Virus record (IMG/VR): IMGVR_UViG_3300045988_079139 | Location: 4,378-68,377 of that record | Length of the DNA stretch: 64,000 nt | Source of the DNA: a virus | Direction: 5' to 3' (one strand) | In this document: in pieces, positions 38,308-50,166 of the stretch | How positions within the stretch are numbered: the stretch's first letter is position 1 | Layout of the letters: each line of letters starts with the position of its first letter | Notes under the pieces: model-generated | Told to the model about the DNA's origin: nothing | The model's input: only the letters and a program-made list of their open reading frames with translations | Database searches by the model: none | Made by a program: the position numbers and the translations under genes

Positions 38308-40272
38308 GTGATTACTTCTCAAAATGTTCAAAATAGTGCCAAGTACTCTGCGTTATTTACTGATGCTTACAATCTGTTGAAGAAAGAAAATGATTTAACT
38401 CAGGGTGAATTAGATCTTGGCGGCTTTACTCGCTTAGAGGAATATTTTACTCGTATGCAAACTTTAAGCGCTAAGCATGTTGGCGAAGTTCAGAATATTG
38501 TAGATATCTTTGATGAGAAAAACAATGTTTATTATGCTAAATATGCGAAGTTCTTAATGCTTCCTCTTGATGAAACTCCTTTTGAAATTAATGCTAACTC
38601 TCGTCAGATTACTGTTCCTGATAATTTCAGAAAGTATGGCGTTAGCTTACATGGTGACCAGATTGCTGAAACTTTATTATTTAGAGTTGATAGATTCTTT
38701 GATTTCCAGGATTTGTTGAATACCACAATTCTAGTTCAGTGGACTAGACCCGGCAAAGAAGCAGAATCTGAGCGCGAAGGCGTTTCTTTAATTACTTTGG
38801 TTGACTATGAAACTGAGCCTGGTAAGATTTGGTTTGGTTGGCCATTAACCTCAGATATTACTAAAGAAGCTGGCGAATTAAAGTTCTCTGTTCGTTTCTT
38901 GCGCAAGAACTCCTCTTCTGGCAATATCTCTTATAGTTTAAATACTTTAACTACTCAAGTTACCATTAAGCCTGCTCTACATCCTAATTTAAATAATAAT
39001 TTAACTATGGATGAAGCTTCTATTTTATTTAGTGAAGCTATTGTAAACAGTCCTTCTACTGGTAGTACTCCTGCCGCTCGTCCTGTATATCTACAGAATT
39101 TGGCACAGAAGGCATGGTTGGTAGACGATGCATTGAAATTAGCTGTTACTGTTAAAACTGGCGATACTGGTGTATTAACTTATACTTGGTATAAGGCTGA
39201 TATTACTGGTGTTGACGCTGATGGTAAGTTTATTATTGCTGATGGTGTTTAGTTAGAAGGTAAGACTGAATTGCGTCGTACCACTGACGTTGTTCGTGCA
39301 GAAGATAAAGCTTATTATTTAGATAGCGAAGATGGCGCTGGTGTTCCTTATTTAGGAGAAATTAAAGCTGGCGTTGATGAAAACAATCAGCCTGTGGGTG
39401 TAAGCACTGACGGAGCCGCTGTCTATGAAAGATATTCTGTGTATGAAATGCCTGCCACTGGAGAAGTTTCTGGTCAGTATTGGGTTATTGCCCAGAATAG
39501 AGCTGGTACTTCCACTGAGCAGACTAAGAGTGTTTACTGTGAAATCCCTGGTCCTAAGACTTTGGTATTTACCGCAGATAAAGCTTTGGCTACTAATGTA
39601 TTTATCGCTGATGATGGTTCTGTAACATTACAGGCAGAGGCCACTCCTGATGATCCTGACCCAGCTCATACCACTCTAACTTATAAGTGGGAAAAGAAGA
39701 CTGCTATTGATGGTGAATATCAGGAAGTTAAAGTTGATGGCACTCCAGTATCCACCGGTAAGACTTTAGTTTTGGCTAAGGCTGGTGAAAATGAAGTGGC
39801 AGCTACTAAGCATATTGGATGGTATCGCGTTACTGCAAAATCTGTAGTAAATCGTGATGAAATGACTTGTGTAAGTGCTCACGATTGTAAGGTTACTGCT
39901 CATCCTACTTTGCCAACTGTCACTTTCCCAACTCAGGAAATTACTTTGGTTAAAGAACATGATGCTGATGATAATGGTGTATTCACTTTGAATATTGAAT
40001 TGGCCGACAAGGGTGGTTTATTACATAGTGAATATTATACTTACACCTGGTATCGTAGTATCACTGATAGCGATCCAGTTGAAGTTAGTGCTGATGATGC
40101 AGATATTATTACTGCTGCTGACATTCTAGCAGAGCATCGTAATAATACTTTACAGGTAAAATTGGCTCCAAACGATGAAGTTGAATTCTACTTCTGTGAA
40201 GTCCGCAATCATTTGAATGGAGAGGTTTCTGGTCCTGCTGTTACCAAGCTATTCAGAGTAAGTGCACAGTAA
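38308..40272 (+). CDS. Structural protein (654 aa, 1 junction TAG at 39250), paralogue of 40298
   Basis: GTG start after gaaaggaag. The 39271 fragment is co-frame, ending at TAA 40270-40272. Residues 60-200 align with the 40298 protein (F.VDRF.D..DL....I.VQ...). Confidence 0.5.
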
Positions 40273-40297
40273 TATTTAAGAAGGAGGGCTGTAATTT

Positions 40298-40981
40298 ATG
40301 ATTACAACTGCTGAAGAGTATTACCGCGCTTTATTTAGAGTTCAAGATGATAATCCTCCAACGCTAGCCCTATTACCTCACGCAGAAACTACTTATAAAG
40401 TTGATTTAAATAAGAGAACTATTGAAACTCCTGAGTTTCTAAGTGTTGCTCGTGACCATAAAGCAGAAAATATCTACTTTGAAGTAGATAGATTCTGCGA
40501 TTATATGGACTTATCAACTTGTTGCTGCATTGTACAATATGAGGCTGGAGAAGGAGAAACTCGTAGAAGCGGTATTTATCCAGTACCTTTTTATGATATT
40601 ACAACACCAAATAATCGTAGAGAAATTGAGAATCAAGGACAGGATATTCCAGAAGGTGGAGAAACCACCGAAACAGATAATCCAGTTTTATATATTAAAG
40701 ATAAAATGTTAGTGCCTTGGTGCTTAGATGGTGCGGCAACCGCTTATCCCGGTCCTATCACCTATTCCCTACAGTTTTATCGTTTGAATATTGATGGTAC
40801 TAAATTCGTTTATAATATGAATACCACTCCAGTAACAAGTGAAATCCTTTATGGCATGGACGTTGTAAAAGAAAATTACAACGGTGCATTTGATATTGAG
40901 CCAGATGAATATCAAAAGATTTTGGCTCGTGTCGTTGCTTTAGAGGGAACATTTGATATTAAGTGGATGGATATGTTCTAA
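40298..40981 (+). CDS. Structural protein (227 aa), paralogue of the N-terminal region of 38308
   Basis: AAGGAGGG RBS, TAG-free, followed by a terminator. Confidence 0.6.
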   Translation: MITTAEEYYRALFRVQDDNPPTLALLPHAETTYKVDLNKRTIETPEFLSVARDHKAENIYFEVDRFCDYMDLSTCCCIVQYEAGEGETRRSGIYPVPFYDITTPNNRREIENQGQDIPEGGETTETDNPVLYIKDKMLVPWCLDGAATAYPGPITYSLQFYRLNIDGTKFVYNMNTTPVTSEILYGMDVVKENYNGAFDIEPDEYQKILARVVALEGTFDIKWMDMF

Positions 40982-40990
40982 TTTTTATAT

Positions 40991-41028
40991 GGGTGGAATG
41001 ATTTAATCGTTCCACCCATTTTTTTATT
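40991..41028 (+). terminator. Rho-independent terminator
   Basis: gggtggaatgatttaatcgttccaccc hairpin followed by atttttttatt. Confidence 0.8.
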
Positions 41029-41051
41029 ATATATAGATTGGAGGGATAAAA

Positions 41052-41711
41052 TTGGCAGATTTAAAATTTTTAATGGGTATTGAGAAGACTAACACTGGCG
41101 ATTCTCGTTTACCTGCCGCAAATGTGGCTATCGTAAAAGGACAAGTATATTTTGCAGAAGATAAATCTAAAAATGGTTTTGCAAGAATTTACTATGATAC
41201 AGAAGATGGAAGACGCGTTACTGTCAATAGCTTATCATCAACCTATGACTCTAGTAATCATGAAATTGCTAGTTATTATGTTACTTTTCCAACCTTACAA
41301 CTGGATTACAGTAGTGGTAAATATGCTTTAATATTTAGTGATGGAAAAGGTTCAAAATCAACTTATAATTTATCAGATATTTATCCCAGTCAGTGGACTT
41401 GGAGCGGAGGTACGACCGCAGGTCCTACTGCTTCTATTAAGTTATTAAGAAATGGTTTAGATTATGGCAATGTCAGTGTTGCTGCGATTCCTACAGCTTC
41501 AACTTCAGCTTCTGGTATTATTACAACCGGAAGTCAGACTCTTGCTGGTGAAAAAACTTTTAATAATAAAATGACTGTTGGTACTGGTTCATCTTCTGGA
41601 ACCATTTTACAAGTCAGTGGTAATGCTAATATTACTTATAAATTAAGTTTCAATGATAAAGCTCATCTACAATATGACAATGCAGATGAATGTCTATATT
41701 TTACATTTTAA
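41052..41711 (+). CDS. Fibre N-terminal-module protein (219 aa)
   Basis: TTG start 6 nt after GGAGGG. It shares the N-terminal motif (KF..G.......L.....V.G.VYFAED....RIYYDTEDG) with 26568, 29448 and 31294. Confidence 0.55.
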   Translation: MADLKFLMGIEKTNTGDSRLPAANVAIVKGQVYFAEDKSKNGFARIYYDTEDGRRVTVNSLSSTYDSSNHEIASYYVTFPTLQLDYSSGKYALIFSDGKGSKSTYNLSDIYPSQWTWSGGTTAGPTASIKLLRNGLDYGNVSVAAIPTASTSASGIITTGSQTLAGEKTFNNKMTVGTGSSSGTILQVSGNANITYKLSFNDKAHLQYDNADECLYFTF

Positions 41712-41724
41712 GAGGTGAAAATTA

Positions 41725-44532
41725 ATGAGTTTACAAGTTTGGTTACCTCTTAATGGACATATAAAAAATTATGGCTTATCAGACGTAACAACCTCATTAA
41801 TTAATAATCCAACTATTGTTGCGTCTAATCGTGGAGAGTGCTATAATTTTAATCCTAGTAATGAAAATAAATAGGCAATTGAAGTAAGCATTCCCGATAT
41901 GCCTAGATGGATTCAAAATGAATTTTCAATCGCATTTTGGTTTTATCATCGAGAAGGTTCTGATAGAAGTGTTATTTTTGGCAATCATCAATATAATGGA
42001 AGCTATACTTTTAATATTGAAAAGCTTGCTAATAACCAATTAAGAGTATATATGTAGGCCAAACCAGATGCTTCTTTTTCTACTTGTACAATAGCCGCAG
42101 ACACATGGACTCATATTACCATTGTTAAAACATCGGATGAATTACGTATTTACAAAGATGGAGTTAAAGTAAGTACTCGCACACATTTATCTTCTGATTT
42201 ATGGCAAGCCGCTGATGGAGTAAAGTATTTATTAGGTAGAGACGGCCGCACAAACAATACTGCATTAAATGGTATGATAAGTGATTTCCGTATTTATGAC
42301 CATATATTATCTCAAAAGGAAATTAAAAATATATCGCAAGGTTTATTATTAAATTATTCTTTTGATGATTTATATATGACTGCTACAACTAATTTAGTGA
42401 ATAAAGCAGATGGAAGTTTTACAAAAAATGCTAGTTCTGTTTGGCATGCAGGATTAAGTTGTCCAAAAGCTTATGTCACTCCTGGAAAAACTTATACTTT
42501 CTCTTGTGAAATGCGTCATACTGGAACCTAGACTTATACAGCTTATTTTGATACGAATTGTACTGATGAGGATGGCGTATATAGTGGAAATGATGCAGCT
42601 ATGCAAAATATTAAATCCAACTCTGGTGCAACAATTCCAAAAGACGGAACATGGGTAAAAATTTGGGTTACAGTAACTATTAAACCGGACGCAGGAAAAC
42701 CATATATTCATCATACAATATGTCCACAGGTTACAGCAGAAGAAGTAACTTTTTATTATCGAAATGTACAATTGGAAGAAGGTCCTATGGCAACACCTTA
42801 TGTTGCTTATAATTCACCAAGAGAAAATTGCATTGTAGATAATTCTGGTATGGGAAGACATGGCAAATTAAATACAAGCAGTTGTTATGTTTCCACTGAT
42901 ACTCCTCTTGGAGAATACTCTTTACATTTAAATGGCTCTGATACTGGGGATAGAGCTTGTGTTATAGGCGATTTAAATTTGGATGATATTAAGACTTACA
43001 CCTTTGCAAGCTATATAAAAATTAATACTTGGGGAAAACAAACAAGTGGTTTGTTTAATGCAAATTATACTTCAAGTTCATCTCCTGGAGATTATACGGC
43101 AAGCCCTATTCATCATCGCGACTCTCATTTTGATATTGCTACGAAAGGTAATACGGTGGCTACAACAGGAGCAACATATCAAAGATTATCTTGTTCAACA
43201 TCAGATATTCCAGTAGGTTAGTGGAAGCATGTCGCAGTTACTTTTGATGGTAAGACAGCTACTTTATATATTGATGGAGTTAAGAAAAGAAGCGTATCAT
43301 TTAGCGCAGCAGTGACTTTAGCACCTTGCAAATATATCTTTTTATCATATTCCTCTGCCGGTGGTGCATAGAGAGTAACAAATGCTAATTGGTCTGATTT
43401 TAGAGTATATTCAACTTGCTTATCTGCTGATGATATTAAAAAATTAGCTTTAAATCATGTGGCAGTAGATAAAGATAATAACTTACATTGTTATGGTCTT
43501 GTAGAAGAAACTAATATTGAACACAATATATCAAAACAGAGTGTGGTTAATGTTGGGGTTAAAGAAGAAGTAAACATCTATCCAGGTTCACAATATAATG
43601 CGGCGTCTATGAATGTTACTTATAATTTTGCAACGGATATATTCAAGGATTATGGATTTAATTCTTGTACCAAATTTGCTGCTTCAAATACATCTACTTC
43701 TGCATTTATGGCTTATTCATATTTGTTACCAATTTCTTACTACACTCCAAATTCTACTTATAGCTTTGCATGTTATGCATATGTTTCACCTGATTGTAAT
43801 GCAAATTTGCGTATCAATTTGGAGCAAAGCACAGGTTGGGTTAAAAATTATTAGAATACAAAAAGCAATATTAATGATACAACAAAAGGACAAGTAATTA
43901 AAGTTACTGGAACTATTAAGGCCAATAGTAACGGAAAAATTTATATAATGTTCTATCCTAACCCGAATCAAGCAAATACTTTTACAACTGGATATTTCTT
44001 GATTGCTGGTTTAACCATAGTCCCTGGAGAAAATATTCCACATCCAAGAGTAGAAAGAATGAGTGGAAATTTAATTTCATCTATGTCTCCTGGCACAAAT
44101 ATGACAGCCAATGGAACTCATAGTTTAATTGGAGATTTTAGTAAAAATTCAGATACTTATGGTTGGTTCAATACTGTTGAACCATTAGAGTTCGATAGAA
44201 TGTATCGCCTAACTTTTAATGTATCTAATTTAACAGATGGTAGTATTTGGGGTTGGAGATTGTGGAATAATGCTAATTACGAATTAAAAGTAGATAGAAA
44301 TGGAAATTATTCTTATACTTTTATTGTAAAACGAAATAAACTTCCTGCGAATGTTAGTTTCCAAAGATTTTTGTGGGATGACGGTGGCCGCACAAATCCC
44401 ACAGGCACAGTTTATTTTAATAATTTTAAACTGGTAGAATGTATTGCTCAACCGTATCATGGAATTTTTGAAACTAATAAAGCAGCTATCCATCCTTCAT
44501 ATATTGAAATGAATAATATATATGAAGATTAA
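41725..44532 (+). CDS. LamG (concanavalin-A-like lectin) two-domain receptor-binding-type protein (935 aa, 7 TAG)
   Basis: RBS agaggtga. The 42274, 42601, 43459 and 43948 fragments are co-frame with only TAG between them. LamG signature motifs are ISDFRIYDHILSQKEI and SDFRVYSTCLSADDI. The N-terminus MSLQVWLPLNGH is paralogous to 47675. Confidence 0.6.
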
Positions 44533-44621
44533 GGGCAGTTTTAATTAAAAGTCCTAATTTAATTTTTAATTCTTATAGAAGGTAAAACTTTCTATAATTT
44601 AATCAAAGGAGAGATTCTATT

Positions 44622-44849
44622 ATGTTAAAGATTGAAAACAAGAATTTGAGTTTCAACGCAGTGAGCATGATCAACGATGAAGTCGTTGCTAGATTCACTT
44701 CCAACTATTATGGAGCTGGCGTCGATTTTAATTATAGTGTTGAGAATGCTGTGGCCCATTTGGCACATTAGGTCGAAGCAGACGCTGATTTTGATGCATT
44801 TAAGGGTCATGTAATGGACACTATTGGTGCAATGGCTACCATTGTCTAA
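44622..44849 (+). CDS. Small hypothetical protein (75 aa, 1 TAG)
   Basis: AAGGAGAG RBS, TAA at 44847, then a terminator. Confidence 0.4.
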
Positions 44850-44863
44850 TAAGAACCATATTA

Positions 44864-44900
44864 GGGGCGAGAGCTGATAAAGCTCTCGCCCTTATTTTTG
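44864..44900 (+). terminator. Rho-independent terminator
   Basis: ggggcgagagct-gataa-agctctcgccc hairpin followed by ttatttttg. Confidence 0.8.
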
Positions 44901-44981
44901 TTTCTCGGACAAATAAAATTAATTATATGAGTTTAATTTTTATACATATATAGAGAAATTTTTGAAAAGAGAGGTGTAAAA

Positions 44982-47663
44982 ATGGCTCAATTAAAAGATT
45001 TAATTGTAGCGGGAGCCTCAAGATTTCTAGGTAAAACTTATTTTGAAGACTCAGTTACATTTAATGACACCTTAATTTTAGCAAAATCGCAAGATTTATC
45101 TGGTATTGCTGATAACAGACCAGCTTTAATCGTAGGTGGATTACCATCAGAGTCTCATGTGGAGATAGATGCCAATGAAATCTAGGCTAAAAGCTCTGGC
45201 ACAGCGATTGCTTCATTATACATTAATAATGATGGTGGCTCAGTAATTTTAAGTGGTAATGTTACTACCGCTGCAGATGGCAATGATGTCACGGCCGCAG
45301 GTGGTGGAGCTTTACGTATTACTGGTGGTTTATCAACTACTAAAGCTTCCTACTTTGGTGGTGCAATTACTGCGGCAAGTACATTAGGAGTTAGCGGTAA
45401 AACAACTTTAAGCGGCGAAGCTTTATTAAAAGGTGTTACTAAAATTGAAAACACTTTAAATGTTACCAAAGCAGTTGATTTTGATAGCACTTTAAATGTT
45501 GATGGCAAATTAACATTAGGTGGCAATATCGCTTATCAAAATGGCTCATATAGTAATTATGATGTAATTAAGTTTCTCACTGGTGATGATAACGGAGCTG
45601 GTGTTGTAATCGGCGGTGGTGGAGTTGCAATTTTTGGTTCCGGTGAATCTGCTTCTAATTTAGCAACTGCCGCAAGCATAAGTGGCACAAGCGAAACTAC
45701 TTATATCACTTCTGATAATAATATTGAGTTTTATACTAATTGCCAAACTATTGGCGATAGAGTTGGTGTTATCCTAAATACTTCTCGATATTTTTATCCT
45801 AATGCTAATAATACCGGTAGTCTTGGTACTTCTGGCAACGTTTGGAATAGTCTATATGTAAATACTGCTAATATTAATGGAAATGCGACTGTTAAAGGAG
45901 CTTTAGTAGTTAATGGTACTACGACTTTAAAAGGAACATTAACTTTAGGTACATATGTAGATCAAGCAACAGTACCCTCCGATGGTGGTATTATTGTTAT
46001 GGATTTACGCAATGCCACTGTAACTCCAGATAGTTTTGGAGATAGAAGAGTTAATTTTTATTTTGACTAGATTACTGATGATTTTTATACAACTACAAGT
46101 GCAACAAGCCCATCTTCTGCCACTAAATGGATGGGTATATTGCATATGAAAGGTTGGAAAGATAGTACTTATGCCGCATGGGAATTAGCTGGTAATGCTG
46201 ATACTACAAGCGTTCAAGATACATTAAGATTTAGATAGGGCGTTGGTAATACTTGGGGAGCTTGGCAATCTGTTATTACTGATGCTAATATTAACCAGTA
46301 TATGGATGGCCGATATGTGAATGTCACTGGAGACTCAATGAGTGGACATTTATATATGACAGGATCTCATGCAAGCAGCAGTACAGCTAATACGTCCTAG
46401 ATTGTCATGGGAACTTCTTCTGCTCAACATTTTGCCTTAACCGCAAATGATAAAGCAGTTGTTTTTAACCCTAGTACAACAAGTACAGATAATCAAATTG
46501 TATTATATTTAAAAACTAATACTCAATCACTTTTCCCCAACGGTATTTCAGTTGGCGGAATTTTATCTACCTCTTCTGGAGCAGATGCTTCTGGTTCAAC
46601 TGGTTCAGGCGACTTAAGAGTAGCTGGCGGCGCAGGTATTGCTAAAAAATTATATGTTGGTTCTAATTTAAGTGTTGGTGGAACTGCCACTATAGCTTCT
46701 ACATTAGATGTGAATGGTGAAGCATATTTCGCTTAGAATATTACTTTTGACGGTGCAGCTAATAGAGATCAATGGATTAGTTTCTTGCACACTGGTTCTG
46801 AAACCGGTTATGATTGGCGCATTGGACATCAAGGAACTGGTTCAAGTGATGCTAACTATTTTGTTATTCAATCTAATTCTACAACTGGCACCTGGACCAA
46901 TGTTTTAAGATTGGGATTAACAAGTTTTGCCGCAGTTTTTGGTGGGTCTATTACTTCTGGAGGAAATGTTGTTCCAGGAACTACTAGTGCTTATACGCTA
47001 GGCACTTCTTCCAGTTATTGGAATAATTTATATACAAATGTTGCAAACGTAGGCAACGGAACAGATTCTTCCAATACTACCACTGGAGCTTTAATCGTTA
47101 ATGGTGGTGTTGGAATTAGTAAAAAATTATATGTTGGTACTAATTTAACAGTAAATGGTAACGCAACTCTTGGTGACGCAACCAGTGATACTCATAAAAT
47201 TAACGGCAACACTACATTCAATGGAATACTATATTTTGCAAATGGCACTACTTATTATATTAATGCTAGTGCAAGTGCTAAATTTTCAGGTTTAAATGTG
47301 GCTGGTAATGCAGCTGTTACTGGTACAATGAATATTGGCGGTAATACAACAATTGGCGATGCCACTTCTGATACTCATAAAGTAAATGGAAATATGACTC
47401 ATAATGGTCATATCTATTTAGCGAATGGTACAACTTATTATATCAATTCTTCTGCTACTGCAAATATTCTTGCATTAACAACTAATGGCGCAGTAAAAAT
47501 GAATGGTAATACAGCATCAAGCAATATGACTTCAGGTCAATTGGTTGTGGTTGGCGGTGTTGGTATAAGCGGTCAAGTTAATGCCAAATCGGTTCGACTT
47601 GACAATGCAGTAAGATTTGAGTATAATAGTACTGATAAATGTGTTGATGTTATATTTGATTAA
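44982..47663 (+). CDS. Tail fibre A (893 aa, 6 TAG) with internal beta-rich repeats
   Basis: The N-terminus MAQLKDLIVAGASRFLG is shared with 50167. The 46407 and 46785 fragments are co-frame. There are repeats GDATSDTHK(I/V)NGN and G.L.V.GG.GI.KKLYVG.NL.V. The segments DNNIEFYTNCQTIGDRVGVILNTSRYFYPNANNTGSLG and GDSMSGHLYM resemble tail-fibre sequence. Confidence 0.65.
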
Positions 47664-47674
47664 GGAGGACGCTT

Positions 47675-50146
47675 ATGAGTTTAATGGCTTGGTATCCTCT
47701 GGATGGTAATACTAGAAATCAAGGGGTTGGTAATCTAACCCCTAGTATTTCAGGTACTCTTACTTATGCAGCTGGAAAAATTGGGGCAAAAAGTCTAAGT
47801 GGTGGAGGATTAACTTGGACTGCCGATTAGACAGCTTCAGTTTTAAATAATAAAGAATTTTCTATTGCCTTTTGGATTAAACCAGTTGGAACTACTTCAG
47901 GTCCGATTTTTGGTAATACCGGCATGGGAGCATCAAACAATAGAAAATTTTGTATTTACGCTTATCCTACTGTTAATGACTTACATTGGAGCTGGATGAA
48001 TGATGCAGCGGAGGTTGTTTATGCAGGAGGGTCAATCAATGGCAGTTTACCCTCTAATAAATGGACTCATGTTTGTATCACATATAAAAATCCTCAAGGA
48101 TATGTATATATTAATGGAGTTTAGAAATCTTCATTTAGTGGAGAAAGTAAATCTTCATCTTTTAAATATGCAACAACAGTATTGCATAATAATACTAGTC
48201 GTTATATTAATGATTTGCGTATTTATAATCATGCCTTGTCTGTTAGAGAAGTCCAATAGGTAAGTCAAGGATTGATATTACACTTACCTCTTAAAGATTA
48301 GGATCTTGAGAGCACTACGAATTTGGCTCCATATCCAACGCCAGGAGCGGCTTATACGCCAGGTTGGGTAACAAATTTACATCCTGATGCAATTTCTGTA
48401 AGTAGTTGGTCTTCTGGATATAATGGCGGAGTTGGAACCCCACAAGCTGGTTATCATGCATATTGGAAAATGATGGATGGTATTCCGACGATGGTGTTTT
48501 AGCATTTAAATTCTCAATTAGGTCTAGGAAATCGTTGGCTAGGAATAAGCTGTGGAGATTTTCAAGGTAAAATTGGACCCTCAAAAACTTATACTATTTC
48601 TTTTAATGCAAAATCTAGCGTTGACGGAGTAGTGATATCTACAGGTTATTATTATCGAACAACAGGAAGCACTTCAAATAATTTTCATGATGGATGTCCA
48701 AGTACAGCCTTAACAACCTCATGGAAAAGATATAGTTTTACTTTTACAACTTTAAATACTTTAGATACTTCTGTTAATGCCTCTATGTATATTTATGGAC
48801 ATAATGGTTCTGTTAATGGCATTGCCTATGTTCGTAATATTCAAGTTGAGCTAAAAGATCATGCGACTTCTTATACACCAACTACTAGAACTGCTAGCAG
48901 TGTTATGGATTGTTCTGGTTATTAGCACCATGGCACAATGGTTGGAACGGTAGTACCAAAAAATGATAGCGCTCGATATGATACTTGTATTTACCAAGGT
49001 GATGGCGTAAATAATTATCTAAAGAGTGGAGCAATTACAATGCCAACTGATAGTGTTACTATGAGTTGTTGGTTTAAAAGTTCAACCACAGGATATAACG
49101 GTTATCACATTCCAATGGCAGTAAATTCTAGTTCTTATGAACTAAGTATTGATTCATCCGGCCATTTTAGAAATGGCTTTGTAATTGGTGGAACTCGTTA
49201 GGTATTAACCACTTCACATACTTCAATTCTTGACGGCAAATGGCATATGATTACTGCTACATATGATGGTGCAACTATTAGACGCTACTTAGACGGTAAA
49301 GAATTAACATCATATGCTACTTCTGCAACTGGAACTTTATCTGGAGTTACTTCTGAGTTGCTTGTAGGTAGTTATGGTAGTGGAGGCTATGGTAATAAAA
49401 ATGCTTATATGAGTGATATTCGTATTTATGCTACGGCTTTAAGTGCGGCCGCAATTAAAACTTTATATGAGTCTAGAGCATCTCTAAATTCCACAGGTAC
49501 TTTAATGACTTATGAATTTATTGAAGATGGTTCAGCAAATATTAAAATGACCAGTGAGGGCTTAATTCGTGCAGGAGTAGTAAGCGAAACACAAACTGCT
49601 TTTGGTATGCCTATAAAGGTTTTAAGTGATGGAAGTGCTTGGGCACGAATTCACTGGATTGATGTTACTGGAGTAAATTCATGGTTTGCTAATGCGACAG
49701 AAGTGGATGAATGTATAGATAAATCTAATCGATTTAGTCGTATGGGTTCAGTTGAAAAATTCATTGGATCTGATGGATATTACGAATTTATGTTAACCTA
49801 TCCTCGATTATCTAAAACAAACTTTAACCGCTGGAAGCAGACAAGCTCTCCAAAAGCAAGTACAGTTACTGGTTTTACACCTATTACGACAGCTTGGTCT
49901 GCTCATAATGGTGGTATTAGAAAACACGGAAGCTCTTGTTTATATAATTGTGATACTGGTTCAACATGGTTTGCTCCAATAGGCCAATATGGAAAATGGA
50001 CTGAAACTCAATATATACCTGCGGCTGACGGAAGTTCTTAGACTGAAACTGAATTATGGGTAAGAATTGATACCTTACCTTCTTTAAATAAAATTAGTAT
50101 GTTTGATAATAAATTTATTCAAGCATTGAATATACATGAAATATGA
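47675..50146 (+). CDS. LamG two-domain receptor-binding-type protein 2 (823 aa, about 8 TAG)
   Basis: AGGAGG RBS. The N-terminus MSLMAWYPLDGN is paralogous to 41725. The 47924, 48632, 48938 and 49247 fragments are co-frame, ending at TGA 50144. LamG motifs are INDLRIYNHALSVREV and MSDIRIYATALSAAAIKTLYESRAS. Confidence 0.6.
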
Positions 50147-50166
50147 GAGAAAGGAGCTGAAATTAA

